Source: Azolla caroliniana (lineage: Eukaryota; Plantae; Polypodiophyta). Taken from it: a DNA stretch of 64,000 bases. The position numbers were made by a program, and so were the translations under genes. Below, piece by piece: positions 22,046-34,705 of the stretch (position 1 is the stretch's first letter; every line of letters starts with the position of its first letter). The DNA lies in NCBI GenBank assembly GCA_043228905.1, contig JBHGNT010000001.1, positions 35,712,001 to 35,776,000 of the forward strand, read 5' to 3'. The notes under the pieces were generated by a model. It made no database searches. It saw only the letters and a list, made by a program, of their open reading frames with translations, and was not told the DNA's origin.

Positions 22046-25000
22046 TCACTGATTCCCAACTTGAGGACCTCCAACTTTGCGGTTGTCGTCCCAACCACGA
22101 ACCCAAGGCTGGCCAAGTTTAGCTCTTGTTTCTGATGGAGAATGACTCTTCAGGTCCCTCAGTATTTTCTCATGTATTTCTACAAAGACCTGCACCCACA
22201 AAACCATCAGTTCTTCAGAAAAAAACTATCTGATGTCTTTCAAGATTCTCATCTCATGTTACCAAGAACAAAACACATGTAGTCCCATTGCACTAAATCA
22301 AAGACCCAGTTCCTGAAACCATACTCTCATCAATTGTCATATAATAGATAAGCATTTGGCATAACAATATCATTTAAAAGTAAAAAAAAGTTTAAAGAAA
22401 TCCATTCCTACAGGATCTTTTGTCGCATGTATGGACTTTGCTAGGATATGATCCCTAGAAGTAGAGGCAAAGACTAAGGGCCTGTAGTACTTAATATAGT
22501 ATTAATTTACATAATACCAGTGCAGGATGTTAAGTATATTGCTGCATGTCAACAAGAGCTTATGTTAACAGGGTATGATGAAGTGCAGATTTTACAGCCT
22601 TAACCTATATTAAAAGCATGAAGTAAGATCATTAAAACACATTTGAGGATGAGGTTACACTAGTTTGTCTACATGCAACTTAAAATTAGCAAGACCACAT
22701 CATGTACAGATGCTCACAGGATTTGCTTTCAGAGATTCTGGTGCAGATTCCTGCCCTGTTAACCACTTCCATAGCTCAGGATTTTCCTGAATTCATAGCA
22801 AAGGGCAAGCATAATCAGAATAATGTCATGAGTATAAAGGAATTACCTTTAGTAGTATTATGAGTATTTATTGTCCTTACCAAATCAAGTACCTCCACCA
22901 AGGATTTCAGCTGCTCTTCATCCAGCTTTTCTATGTTTTCTTCAGTCCATTTTCCTAGTATCAAGTCTAATTCTAGGTAGCCCCTCTGTCTGCTCCTATA
23001 CAACAATCTAACAAGAAACATAAAATTTACAAGTGTGATGTGGCAGATCCTAGACAACGATTGATTTCTAGTGTGGAGTTGCAGCTCCAAGACAACAATT
23101 GAAATAGAAATCAAAAGCGGCTAATAATCACCCCTTATGCAAAATTGACATCATGAAATACCTATTTAGCATTTGTCTTCTTCCATCCACATTATTTTCA
23201 GGTTTGTTGCATGAGCTATCACTATGGGTATTCAAACCCCTCGCCAATTGATACCTGTTTACCAGACATTACATGCAAGGTTCAGCACAATGCATTTCCT
23301 TCTTCAATTCATGTTTGCAAATATTGTGGTGAATTTAAATTTAGAAATTAACAACTTAGTACAACATTTTTTCTTGATATGTGTTGTAACGGATTTGGAA
23401 ATAAAAGGTACTGTACAAAATAGAGAGAATCACTGCACTACATAAAGTTGAGTGGACTATAGAAACTAACCACAAGCATGAACAGGTATAAATGAGAGAA
23501 AGAAAGATATATCGACATCTTTTATGAGGCCAACATTGTCCCTGGCCTATATGCACAACAAATTATAAATGTTTGATCTATTGTAATCCCTTTTTCACAT
23601 GTTATGGTCAAGATGGCTACTTGTATACCTCTTTAATGATTTGTAGCATGAGAAGTGATGGTGCTAAAGGAAGTCGGTTCACATTCTTTCATTGACAAAT
23701 TCAACGATATCATTTCAGATCATTCTATTATTTTCCACTTTGATCATGTCCAAGTGTGGACAACATTAAAATTGGGGTAGTGCATTTATATTTCTGCCAT
23801 GTGATTGGAACCATTCTCTAGTCAGAATAGGGTTTAAGGTTAAGTGGTAAGCAGTAGATTACACAAATCTCAAAGAAAGAAAAGCAAAGAAAAATACGCA
23901 AATGTATAGTGAAAACATAGCTTAACAAACTGAAAGTGGAAGAGAAAAGAGACAAAAAGAACTTGAACCACACATTCTGGGTATTCATCTCTTCGAAGAA
24001 AGGGATATTCACCATACAAGAAGGCTCTCCTTTAGCTGTTACCAAAAGACATTGAATAGATACCCATACATTTTGGCACCCACAACACCAAAAAGAGGAC
24101 TTAAAAGAAGAGCTTTGACAATTTGCCTGGTGGAGAAGTGGAAGCAAAGGCTACAAAAGAATAAGAATATTATTTTTCGAATACCTTCAAGCAAGAGGGT
24201 ACCCAAAAGTTTCTATGATCATGTTTCAGTAAAACTAATTACTTGATGCAGACGACTCTACAACAATAACCTTCCAAAAGAAACTCTAAGCCTCAGGGGA
24301 CCTAACAAGTTCTAAATCTTGACGAGTCTAATTATACCAAAGCTTTGAAAACTCTGATCCTTTAACCTCAAAATCAGGATACTTCTTGAGAAGAATTCTG
24401 ATTCAAATCATATATATCGACTAACGATCTTCTGGAGAAACCCAAGGAGTCTCTGTTCTTTTCTAGTAAGGTCTAGAATGTGTGTTTCTTAACACATTAC
24501 ATATCTTCTAAAGTGCCAAAATGTGCATCATATGACACACGTGCCAATGTTCAACAAATCGCACATGTGCCAATGTTCAAAGTTAAGCAGCTGCTCCAAA
24601 AATGTGCAAAACATTTCACATGTGCTAATGTGCAAAATATTGCACACTCTTATTATATTTTCTAGTGTTTCCTGGATTTATGCATATTTGCTAGATATCA
24701 CCACAGTGTACGAAATTATGCACATCCTTTGTAAATACTGCCTTTAGAAGCATCATATATAAGACCCTCAGAAAGGATTAGTCCTCGAAGCCTAAAAAAC
24801 TTGAGACAAACCCATCACAGAATTTTCTGACTTTGGTCTCACATTTCTGATTGTTACCTAAAACCCACAAAATCAGTCTCGGAAATATGATTTTTTGAGG
24901 TTACTGTTAGGATGCATTGAATCCTCAGGTGGATCCCAACTCCATTTTCTAAAGAGAAAAAATGTTTCTCCACTTCTATAAAAGGAAGTCGACCTCACTT

Positions 25001-28000
25001 GTAAAAAACGCAAAGTAGTGTTCCACTCAGGAGCTCACATTGCTGAACAAAAGTAGTTTGGAGTTACATAACATACAAGATCTATTTTTAACCCTTTTTT
25101 CTCTTCTGTGTTTAATGTTATAAGCTATCTTTTCACTAAACATTTACATATTCTCCTTTCCTTCACCTTTCTTCTTTCCTTAACCTTTCTTAAATCCTCA
25201 TAAACCCCCTAAAATCTAAACCATTTTATGCGCACATAGGGTTGCCCATAACTTCAATCATATTTCTCTCATATAAACTTCAATTTGATGGCCTGTGACA
25301 AGAGCATTGGAAGGCATTCTTAGAACCTCAGTTTTCTGACCGTTAGAAGGCATTCTTAGAACACTTCAATGGCAATTACAAGATGCAAGCAAGAGAGAAG
25401 AGAGAGTTTTTATGCATGTGTAGAGAATTATCAATAACTTCAATCATATTTCTCTCATGAGAACTCTGATTTGGTGGGCAGAATCAACGCCTACAACTGG
25501 AGCTATGCAACTATCATAGTAGCTAAAAAATGTGTATTTTATGTTTAGAATACGTTTTAGAATACTCTGAAGTATTCTACACGTATTATATGTTTTACAA
25601 CTGCTAATCTTTTTCACATATTCTATGTATTCTACATATTTAACAAGTATTTAACATTTCCAAAAAGTTTATTTAAATAAATCAATGCTAATGTATTTTC
25701 TACATATTTAAGGTATTTTATTTGTAGAATACACATTCTAATTATATAAAAGAAAAAAGGTAGAATACGCGGCATACGTATCATATGCTAAGTATTCTAT
25801 AACTATGACATCCATGTAAAAACAAAATATCTCTGAGCATTGGAAGGTGTTCTTCGATACTTCAATAAAAGTTAAAGGATGCCCTGCCTAAGAAAGATGA
25901 TGATATTGCCGATACGGCGTCATACGACATCTTAGGTGCAGAGATGCCTCAAAAGGGCATTCTCATGGCCTTCTCAATGTTTATGATAGATCTACCGGTT
26001 GTCCCTTTAGAAGAAAAATATCATTGGTGGACTCAGTTCCTGGTGTCTTAATGCCATGGTGGTACATATTGCAGATGACGTAACAAAAGAGTGGGATCAA
26101 ATATTGTCCCTCCATGTCTTTTTTTATAATAATTTGGTTTATATCGTCCCACAGACTATTAACAGAAATCCATGGGGTTTTGAAGGAAGAACATTGCGTC
26201 TAGGTTGGGATGGAATGCAGTTTCCATCCTTGTGTCTAATGCCCAACAAAAAACGGAGTAGTTGGGGAAAGTGATAGTGGCCCCAATGCTAAAAAGTCTA
26301 CAATTAATGTAGGTTATGCATGTTATGACTGCTTATTGAAAATATATTAAAAATATCATTATGGCTGAATCTATTAATAGAGATGAGGTACTTTTGGTGT
26401 CAATTATATTGGGGATATTTTCAGGTTATAGCTACAAATATGGTAACTTTGGTTCATTTCATGGACAATTTCCAACATACAAACATCTGCAGTGGCAACC
26501 CCTAGCCTAGTGGAAAATTATTGACGAAAAGGAGAAACATCTAGAGATGAGGATCAGCCTTAGAGGTAAACCCACACCCATGACAAAAATGCAAGATTGG
26601 AGCATACGCAGTCTTGCATGAAGGGAACTGAAGCCCTGTGAATGTTACTCCTTGATATGTGTAAGTTGTGTATGGCACCTTTTCCTCTCCCACGAAGATT
26701 TCTGTTTCTGATCTTGTTACTCATGCTTGAGTGGTGGTAGAGTGATGTTAGACCCAATCACTTTAGTTTTCAAGGTTGATTTACAAATCTTTCCCTTTAC
26801 AAAATGACTTTAACTTAGATGTCTTTGTAGTTTCTCTGAAGATCCAAAGATCAACACAATGTCATCGGTATACAGTAATATCAGTAAGCTACTCCTGCTA
26901 AGCATGCTTCTAAACCACCCAATTTCCTCTACATACTTATATATCTCATCTATATAAAGACCAAAGAGAGTGGGTCATAGTGGGCATCCTTGTTTTACTC
27001 CATTTGTGCTAGCCATGACCTTTGACACCCAATAGGATGCACTTTTCCTAACAATGATTTATATAGTTCATAGATTCCCCATTGTATATTTCGTTGGACT
27101 CCAAGGGCTTCTAGTTGTTGCATTAGCCAAGGGCACAGTACAGTGTCAAGGTTTTCAGAAATCAACAAAGCAGCAATGATTCTCCTTTCATGGTCTCTTT
27201 CCTCCTCAGCAAGGGCTCAAAGGGTCATTATGAGATCTAATATCATGAACCCATTTCAGAAACCTCCCTTTCCAGCTGACAACAGTCATTTGTCTCTACC
27301 CATACACTAAATGCTGACTCTAGGATCAAACCATATAGCATAGCTACATAACGGCCAATCGCGATAGTCCCATTATTGATCAGAAACATCAAAGTGTGCC
27401 TTTGCATATTCATGCCAAGCCTGAGATGAGATCCAGTTGCCTCTCATTAATCATTTTCCATACTCTTTTACTTCCTTATCCAAGGAACAAATACACCTCT
27501 GCTTCAAATTTAGCCAAATATGATCTCTTCTTCTTCCACACAAGGTGTTGGAGGAATGCTCTTGCTTGTTTATGTGTACAAATCCCCCAGGTCGTTTCTC
27601 ATTGCAAGCATCTCCTTGTATTATGACATTCCTCATCATACCAACTATTTTCTTTGTCTCTTAACACACAGGTGAGTCGCCAACTGTAGTGTGGGGAAAT
27701 GCATGTGGTGGCATAATGTGATGACTTCGACAACCCTTCTGTAATTTCTCTAGGGATGCAAAAGGATGCAAATCAAACATACCATTATATACTCCATAAC
27801 TATAAGGCCTACATAAAGGCGAAAGTGAGGTATGCGATCCAAAAATACTAGAATCCATTCTCCTTCTCCACCTGCCTCTAAAATATATTTGCATATTCCA
27901 TTCAAAATACTTGGGACTTTTTTATTCAACAAATTTTAATAGAATAAACCAACAGTAAACAAAAGTAACAAAAACCTAAAACAAGTCAAGATTATTGTCA

Positions 28001-30756
28001 GCTATTGCATGCAAGTATGAAAATATATTATGGCCTCTTACTCACATTCTCAGGTTTCAAAAGAATGTTGTCAAGGCAGTATGAAAACAATCTCATGCAC
28101 TCAATTCAGATCGGCATAAGGTGCATAAGGTACACAACTCAATTTGGACTGCAAAACAAGAACTTGGTCAAAAAAGAAATAACTTACCTACAAGAAACGT
28201 CTTGTACTCCTCTCTCATTTATCTTCATGCTAATTTGTGATATGTGTGAGGCCTGCATTTTGCAAAATCAAGTTATAGCATGTGTCAAATTTTCATTTTA
28301 ACACACTTATTTTATGTAATGGCAGTATAGTTGGGAATATGATTGTGATGCAAAATCTCCCACAAACACAAATTCCTATTTATGCATCATATAGTGAAGT
28401 ACATACATGGAATAACTTTCAAGGTGTTATGCATCCTAAAATAGTTAAGGACATACATGGAATAACTTCAAGGTTTTATACATTACTAAAGGAGTTGAAT
28501 CCGACCTACTCATTATACAACCATTGACTTGCGCATCTTTTGTATCTTACACAGAAGCAAAAGCTAAAATATTGAATGACCCACTTGAAGATGTCAGATT
28601 GCAATTCATGCATAACAACATGAAAATATCTATATCCATGCTTTAACATTAAAGTATAGACATAGAAATGCAAAATTTCCCTGTCTGTGCTTCAACACCA
28701 CAGTGCAGTTATACACAAGCAAAAATTCCCCTGTTCATGCTTCAACATCGAAGTGCAGCTATACAATCAGTTTCTGAGTTTCTATAAACTCTGAAGATGT
28801 AATGGGCAAATATGGTCATGGTGAAAGGAAAGTGTCAACTGTTAGTAGGGCATAAATGTAAACATAACCTGGAAAAAGAGAAAACAAAATGCTAAGAATC
28901 CAAAATAGCAAATGAAGGATATGTTGTTAGGGCATAAAATGTGAAGTAGGGATTAACTAAATGCCCAAAAATACCTAAACAAAGAAATAATAAAAGTAAG
29001 AGATGTAAAACACGTAGCCACAAATATGAGCTACGATTGCAATGTTTAACCATTATTACCAAACTCAAGAGGTGTGGCAACCCCACTCTAAAGTCAATGC
29101 CCTTGTGTCGATTGCCCTCATTAGGAAAAACAATAAATCAAATTTCTATTGCTTTTCAAGTTGTGAGGTAAACCCATTTATGATGAAGAGACAATGCTTA
29201 CCAATGTAGTGACTCTGAGATAAGGCAGAGATAATCAGTCGTCAATATTAAACTTAACAAAATAATTAAGACATGATTAACAAAAAGTCACCAAAGATTT
29301 GATTCTCTACCAAATGGATTATCCCCCTAACTGAAGCACATCATATAGAGTCAGGTTCTCCTACAGAAAACATGTGCTCAAACGGATGAGCTGCACCCTC
29401 GTTACAAGACTGGAAGTTGCCAAAAGAGTGCACAATAAGGTAAGTATCACGTGGACAAATAATTGAGTGCCAACCAATGAAGATTTTGATGGAGGTTCTA
29501 CTATGTTTATGTATTCGTCTTCATTGATCTCAAATATTTGTCTCTAGTCTGTCTCAACATCCATAATCAGTTCAGTAGAGTGTAATTCTATGGCATCTTT
29601 GTGCTAATCCTGCCATAATTGTTTTGCTTAAGTTTAATCTGGTGAGTGATTATCCTTTTCATGGCAGGGACATCAGAGAAGCTTGTGCCAGCTAATGGAA
29701 CCCAGGACAAAGAGGATTTGCTCAAGTGGAGAGTCCAATCTCTGGCATCTTTAGTAATTTTATGTTTAATCTCATAATCAAACAATCACTTTGGTTTAAT
29801 ACAGAATATAGACTCTAGCCTCTTTGTGGTAATCACATCTTAACTACTTTGTTCTTATCATATGTGTTCCATACAAACATATTTCCCAATCATTATTGTA
29901 ATCTCTAGCATCTTTGTGGTAGTCACGTTTTAATTACTTCCCTTGTTCTTATCACATGTGTTCCCAAAAACATCTTCCTCACCACCATTATTGTAATTTC
30001 TCGCCTCTGTGTGTTAACCATACCTTAATTACTTTAGTTATGTTGAAAGCTTAATATAATATTAATTACTTCTGAACCTTGGCTCTTTAGTTAAGTTGAA
30101 AGCTTTAATATAATAATTAATTGTTTGTGAACCTCGCAAAGAGCCTCTTTTCCACCATGTTAATTACATCGCATTTACTTCATTCATGCTTTATCTCATA
30201 ATGAGTCATTGGCGACCTTACAAAGTACTTCTTTCCATCACCATTTCTATGTCTCCATTGAGCCTTTTTTCCATCAATATTTTTGCATACAGTAAACCTT
30301 TTCCCGTCGCCATTTTATAAGGACATTGCAATTTTCTTCTCGTACCATTGAACCTCCCTCCCATCAACATTTCCACATAAGGAGGGTCGCCATCCCATCA
30401 CTACAAGAATCTCCATCATTTCTGCGCAAGCATAGATCTATATAATGTATGCAAGCATGTATTACCTTGGATTGGCGAATAGAGTCAACAAGACCAATCA
30501 GATGGGGGTGACGGTTGGTCTCAACCTTAATTTTGGACGGCAAAGTTGCATCAATACCATGTTCTGCCACAAATATATGGGAAATTGGAAGCTTAGCTCG
30601 AACAGATGTATTTCTATCGATGGATGATGCATCTTCTTCTTCTTCTTTCCACGGGCTAGGGCTAGGGCTTCTGTCAGATTTGGAAGGGAGAGCGCGGGGA
30701 TGCAAGAGGCGGCGATGGAGAGAGGATTGGCGAGCGAGACGATGAAGTGGCGACAT
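22046..30756 (-). CDS. SDHAF2: Succinate dehydrogenase assembly factor 2 (Sdh5/SdhE family), mitochondrial
   Basis: Confident exons: 23007-22881 (RLLYRSRQRGYLELDLILGKW), 22786-22718 (ENPELWKWLTGQE), 22189-22046 (...GQPWVRGWDD...GNQ*). Tentative frame-compatible 5' exons: 30756-30466 (Arg/Ser/Leu-rich transit-peptide-like MSPLHRLARQSSLHRRLL) and 28252-28188. Confidence 0.8.
25515..25807. mobile_element. Putative hAT-like MITE remnant
   Basis: Ends CATAGT.../...ACTATG form a short inverted repeat; the interior is rich in GTATTCTA/TAGAATAC motifs in both orientations; no convincing TSD. Confidence 0.35.
26470..27890 (-). mobile_element. Degenerate LINE (RTE-like) reverse transcriptase remnant in the SDHAF2 intron
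   Basis: The minus strand gives CCFVDF, GVKQGCPL*PTLFGLYIDE (near 26950-27002) and ILLYTDDIVLI (near 26850-26882), with stops and frameshifts; boundaries are approximate. Confidence 0.85.
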
Positions 30757-33700
30757 CGATGCGGAGGAAGCAAAGCGGGAGAGAATCGAGTCGGCTCTGA
30801 CGATGGAAGGAGAAGGAGAAGAAGAATGGGGACACCACCATGGCCACCAAGGCTAGTCCAGCGGGCCAAAGAGGAAGATCCCACTCATTGACACTAACCA
30901 CGTTGAATCACTCACTCACTCACTCACTCACTACCATCCACGCCAAGGAAGGAATCGTGGCCTCTCGTCTCTTCTCACGTCCAACACAAATACCATACAC
31001 ATACATACATACAGCTCTACGCACTTTGTGCCTCGATTTGACTTTGATACCGAGCTCCGACTTCCCGAACCACTCACAAGGTGTTGAGACAAGGTGTTAC
31101 GGGCATGACCATGTAATATCCCGTGGTAAGATTGTACCGTAGTATTCTATACACGTGGATCAAGTGTGAAGGTTAACCAAGAGTGTAAAGATGGGAGGAT
31201 TAATTTTAATCCTAGGGATTGAGACAACCCATTAAGGCCAAGTGTGAACTTGCTTGGGGGCCTTGGGTCTAGCTATAAATATGAGGCCTAGGTACCCTCA
31301 TTTAATACATTATTGACTACGTCAAGACTTTGATCTTGTGGTGATCAACTCTTGTAGCGAGCACGCCAGCACCATGTATGACTCGATGCCACGACGGTGG
31401 TATGGGACGTCGATCAATGCTCGGGGGTGGTCAGGTGGATTGACACCCTTCTTTCTCTCTCCCCTCTCGTCTATCTATCTATTATTTCCTTATCTATGCT
31501 TACATTAGGATTAAGCTCTAACATTGGGCCAATCCCTCGAGCACACCATTCCACGGGTCAAGAAGCAAGCAATATTTTATAGCATGGGCACCTTACATCA
31601 TGAGATGGCATACCCTGTCATCCATATGCTTTGTGTCCTATTCACAATGCTTGTTTAGCCCCGTGGGCTCACTATGAATCGCCCTCAATAAATCTTATAT
31701 TGAGTTGTGTATCTCCTACGCTTGGCTCATATTGTCACACATATGGATGATGGCGGCGTGCTTATCGGTGTAGCACATTTGGACCAAGTGTTGTAAATTT
31801 GTTTTTCAGCAGCAAAAGCTTTCAATGGAAGGATATTTTGTATTTTGTTGTTGATATGCCTTTTCTAAAACTAATGGAAGGATATGTTGTTTAGAAAAGA
31901 AAAGAAAAAAGCTTTCAAGCGGCGATGTGTTGCTAGATATATGATTTGAGTAGGTATTCTAGTTGCGTAAACGATATGAATCTTAATGGGTGAACTTTGA
32001 TGTATTTTGTTTGCTAACTAATGCGAAGCAATGTTGCTTTTGGAATGACGAAGAATATATTACTTGACCCATAATTATATGCTTAATTCATAGATAAAGA
32101 TATCATACGTGAAGACATTTTCTCTCAAAACACAATCGTGTTTATGTGAACTCTTTAATTAACTAAATAAAGTGAAAAAAAAAACACATTTAAAGAATTT
32201 ACAACACTTCCATCAACAATACTAACATTCAATACAAGTTGAACTTGAAAACTTCAAATGGAAAGCTTCAATACTTTGGGCACTTGATTAATCTCGGGGG
32301 AGCAAATAGATTACGTTAGTTTTTTATCATCTATTAGGAGGCTAAATTTGAGATAGAGAGAAATAAATAGTGAAAAAGCTCTAGCCTAAGTCGGGGAATG
32401 TTGGGGAATTGGGAAGTGTCAACAAGGTGGTTTACTTCCCTCAATTTAAATGTCAATGCCTTTATTCACCTCCACGCTAGAGAGGACACGAGGCTTTACT
32501 TTCACTACTTATGATGCTTACCTTTTCTAACTTCTTTTCTATTTCTAAAGCTACCCTTTTTAACTTCGATGTGTTGTACGATGTACCAATGTCAATATCA
32601 TTTGGAAGATGTTGTCTGAAGCTAAAAACAATGGTAGATTTAAGAAAAGAAAACAACAAAACGAGTTTTATCGCATGCAAGAAGAACAATATCAAAAGAC
32701 AAACATTAGACAAATATGGTTTAACAACATGGAAATCTTCCCTATATAGTTCCCTCAGTATCTTGCATGCTCATGATATAGCTATGATACATGCTTGCTA
32801 CTTGGCTATCATGTATGCTTGATACTTGATGATAGTGCTTAGAACACATCGTGCTACAACAAGTACAACGTAGAGTGTCACAATAATGTGAATATGTATA
32901 GTACTAGATGTGTGACATTGGAATTAACAATATTTTCTACACCTCCTTGAGTTTGATCAATTGGCATATAACCTAACTAGTCACCGAGGTACTATAACTT
33001 GTTGCACATGATCTCGATGTCTAGAAACAACTTTGACCTCAAACTCTAGCATTGAACATGGATTAGAAGAGGAACCACTTGGTTTAGGATGGAGCTTCCA
33101 ACAATGAGATGTGGAACACAAGGTGTAAACACGTGCCATCTCTAGTTAGACCACCATCTAAGCCAAGAAAATATGAAGTTTTTGAGTAAAAATTACCTTG
33201 GCCTATATGAAAAAACCATTGTACCACATAGTAGCGAGAAAAACTCAATCAATGATTGCTAACTACCGAGACAAATATATTATAGGAGTTTGTGCTCTAG
33301 AATAAAAGCTTATTCCAAATGTACGTTAGAGGTGGAGAGAGTTTTTGTTACAAAGAGACGCCTAAAATCGTATGTCATTCATGATAGCTTATCCCTTGAT
33401 GTATCCAAGCATGAGAGGGACTCTAATACCAATGTTTCTATTATAAATAAATGAGACTAAAGGCAAAATGACTGCACCGATGGATTTGAACTCTAGAAAG
33501 ATGACATGAACTGGTAGAATGTTGTGATGGGAAAATAAAAAATAAACATCGCCTCCCAATCAAAACCTTCTAATGAGTGCAAGAGTTAAAAAACGAGACC
33601 TCTAATCAAACATCGGGGAGAGCAAGACCCTCTTGCATATTTCCCTTGTCCTTCATATCATAAGAAGTCATAACAAATATTGATTTGAGATCATGATGGC

Positions 33701-34705
33701 AACATCACAAAAAGGGAGTTCCTTGTAATAATGCACAAAGAAGACTAAGGACAAGTCATACATCCCAAGGCAATACCCATTGCAAAGGGCAACGAGAGTT
33801 CCTCCAAGAGTATATTTAGCCACTCTCAAATAACAATAACATGATCTTGCTTATGTTGTGTGGACCTTCATTACATTCTCTCTTTTAGTCTTGATAAGAG
33901 AACATAGATAACGTAGGCATGTGATAATGTCATCAAAACGTGTACAAGAGTGAAGGAGACAATGTCATGTTTCAAGATCCACTAGAGTTGAATAGAAGTC
34001 CATGCGTGCATGAGGTCAACAATATGACAGCGTCATTCCTCCCAACCATCCGATAGAGGATCAAGCATGCACATGGACATTGTATTCATATGTAGGATCC
34101 CCGGTAACATATAGCGATCCTGATACTACCACCCATGCACATGCTCGAGTGCCGACCTACCATGATTCCACATGTAGATCTCATTTTCTTTGGCAGGGAA
34201 GCCCATAATCCACTACATGATTCCGACCATTAAAGTCATTACAGTGATGTGGCCCATGTCCATGTCCATGAGCGGCAAGTTGGCAATGCGGTGTGAGAGG
34301 GGGGGGGGGGGGGGGGGTCTTATGGGGTGTCGGGAGTGTATGTATGTATGTTACATTAACATACATATGTACAAGGAAGGAGTGGTAGAAATTGGGGAGT
34401 GAAGGTGGAGTTTTAGACATGTTTGCTGTTGTTAAAACATATTAGGTAATGATAAATTATTAGAACAAAAAAAAAAACAACAAGACAGAGAAGATAATCT
34501 CCTGCACCCCCTCTCCCTCCCCCCTGCCCCTGCTCCCCTGTAACCAAAGAAGAAGAAGCAGAAGAAGACGACGACGACGACACCTTCCGCCCCTCCGGCA
34601 GGCCCTTTCCCAACCGTCAATTCTCTAAAAACCTAACCTCTGCACCCCCCTAGTACCTCAGCTCTGCCAGAGCTATGCTCAAGTCGCCCCGTGTCTCACG
34701 CTGCC

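Noticed and set aside
31095-31777. Solo LTR (TG start, CTATAAATA); a similar candidate lies at about 24038-25236
   Set aside because: LTR-like in composition, but no matching TSD or second copy fixes the boundaries.
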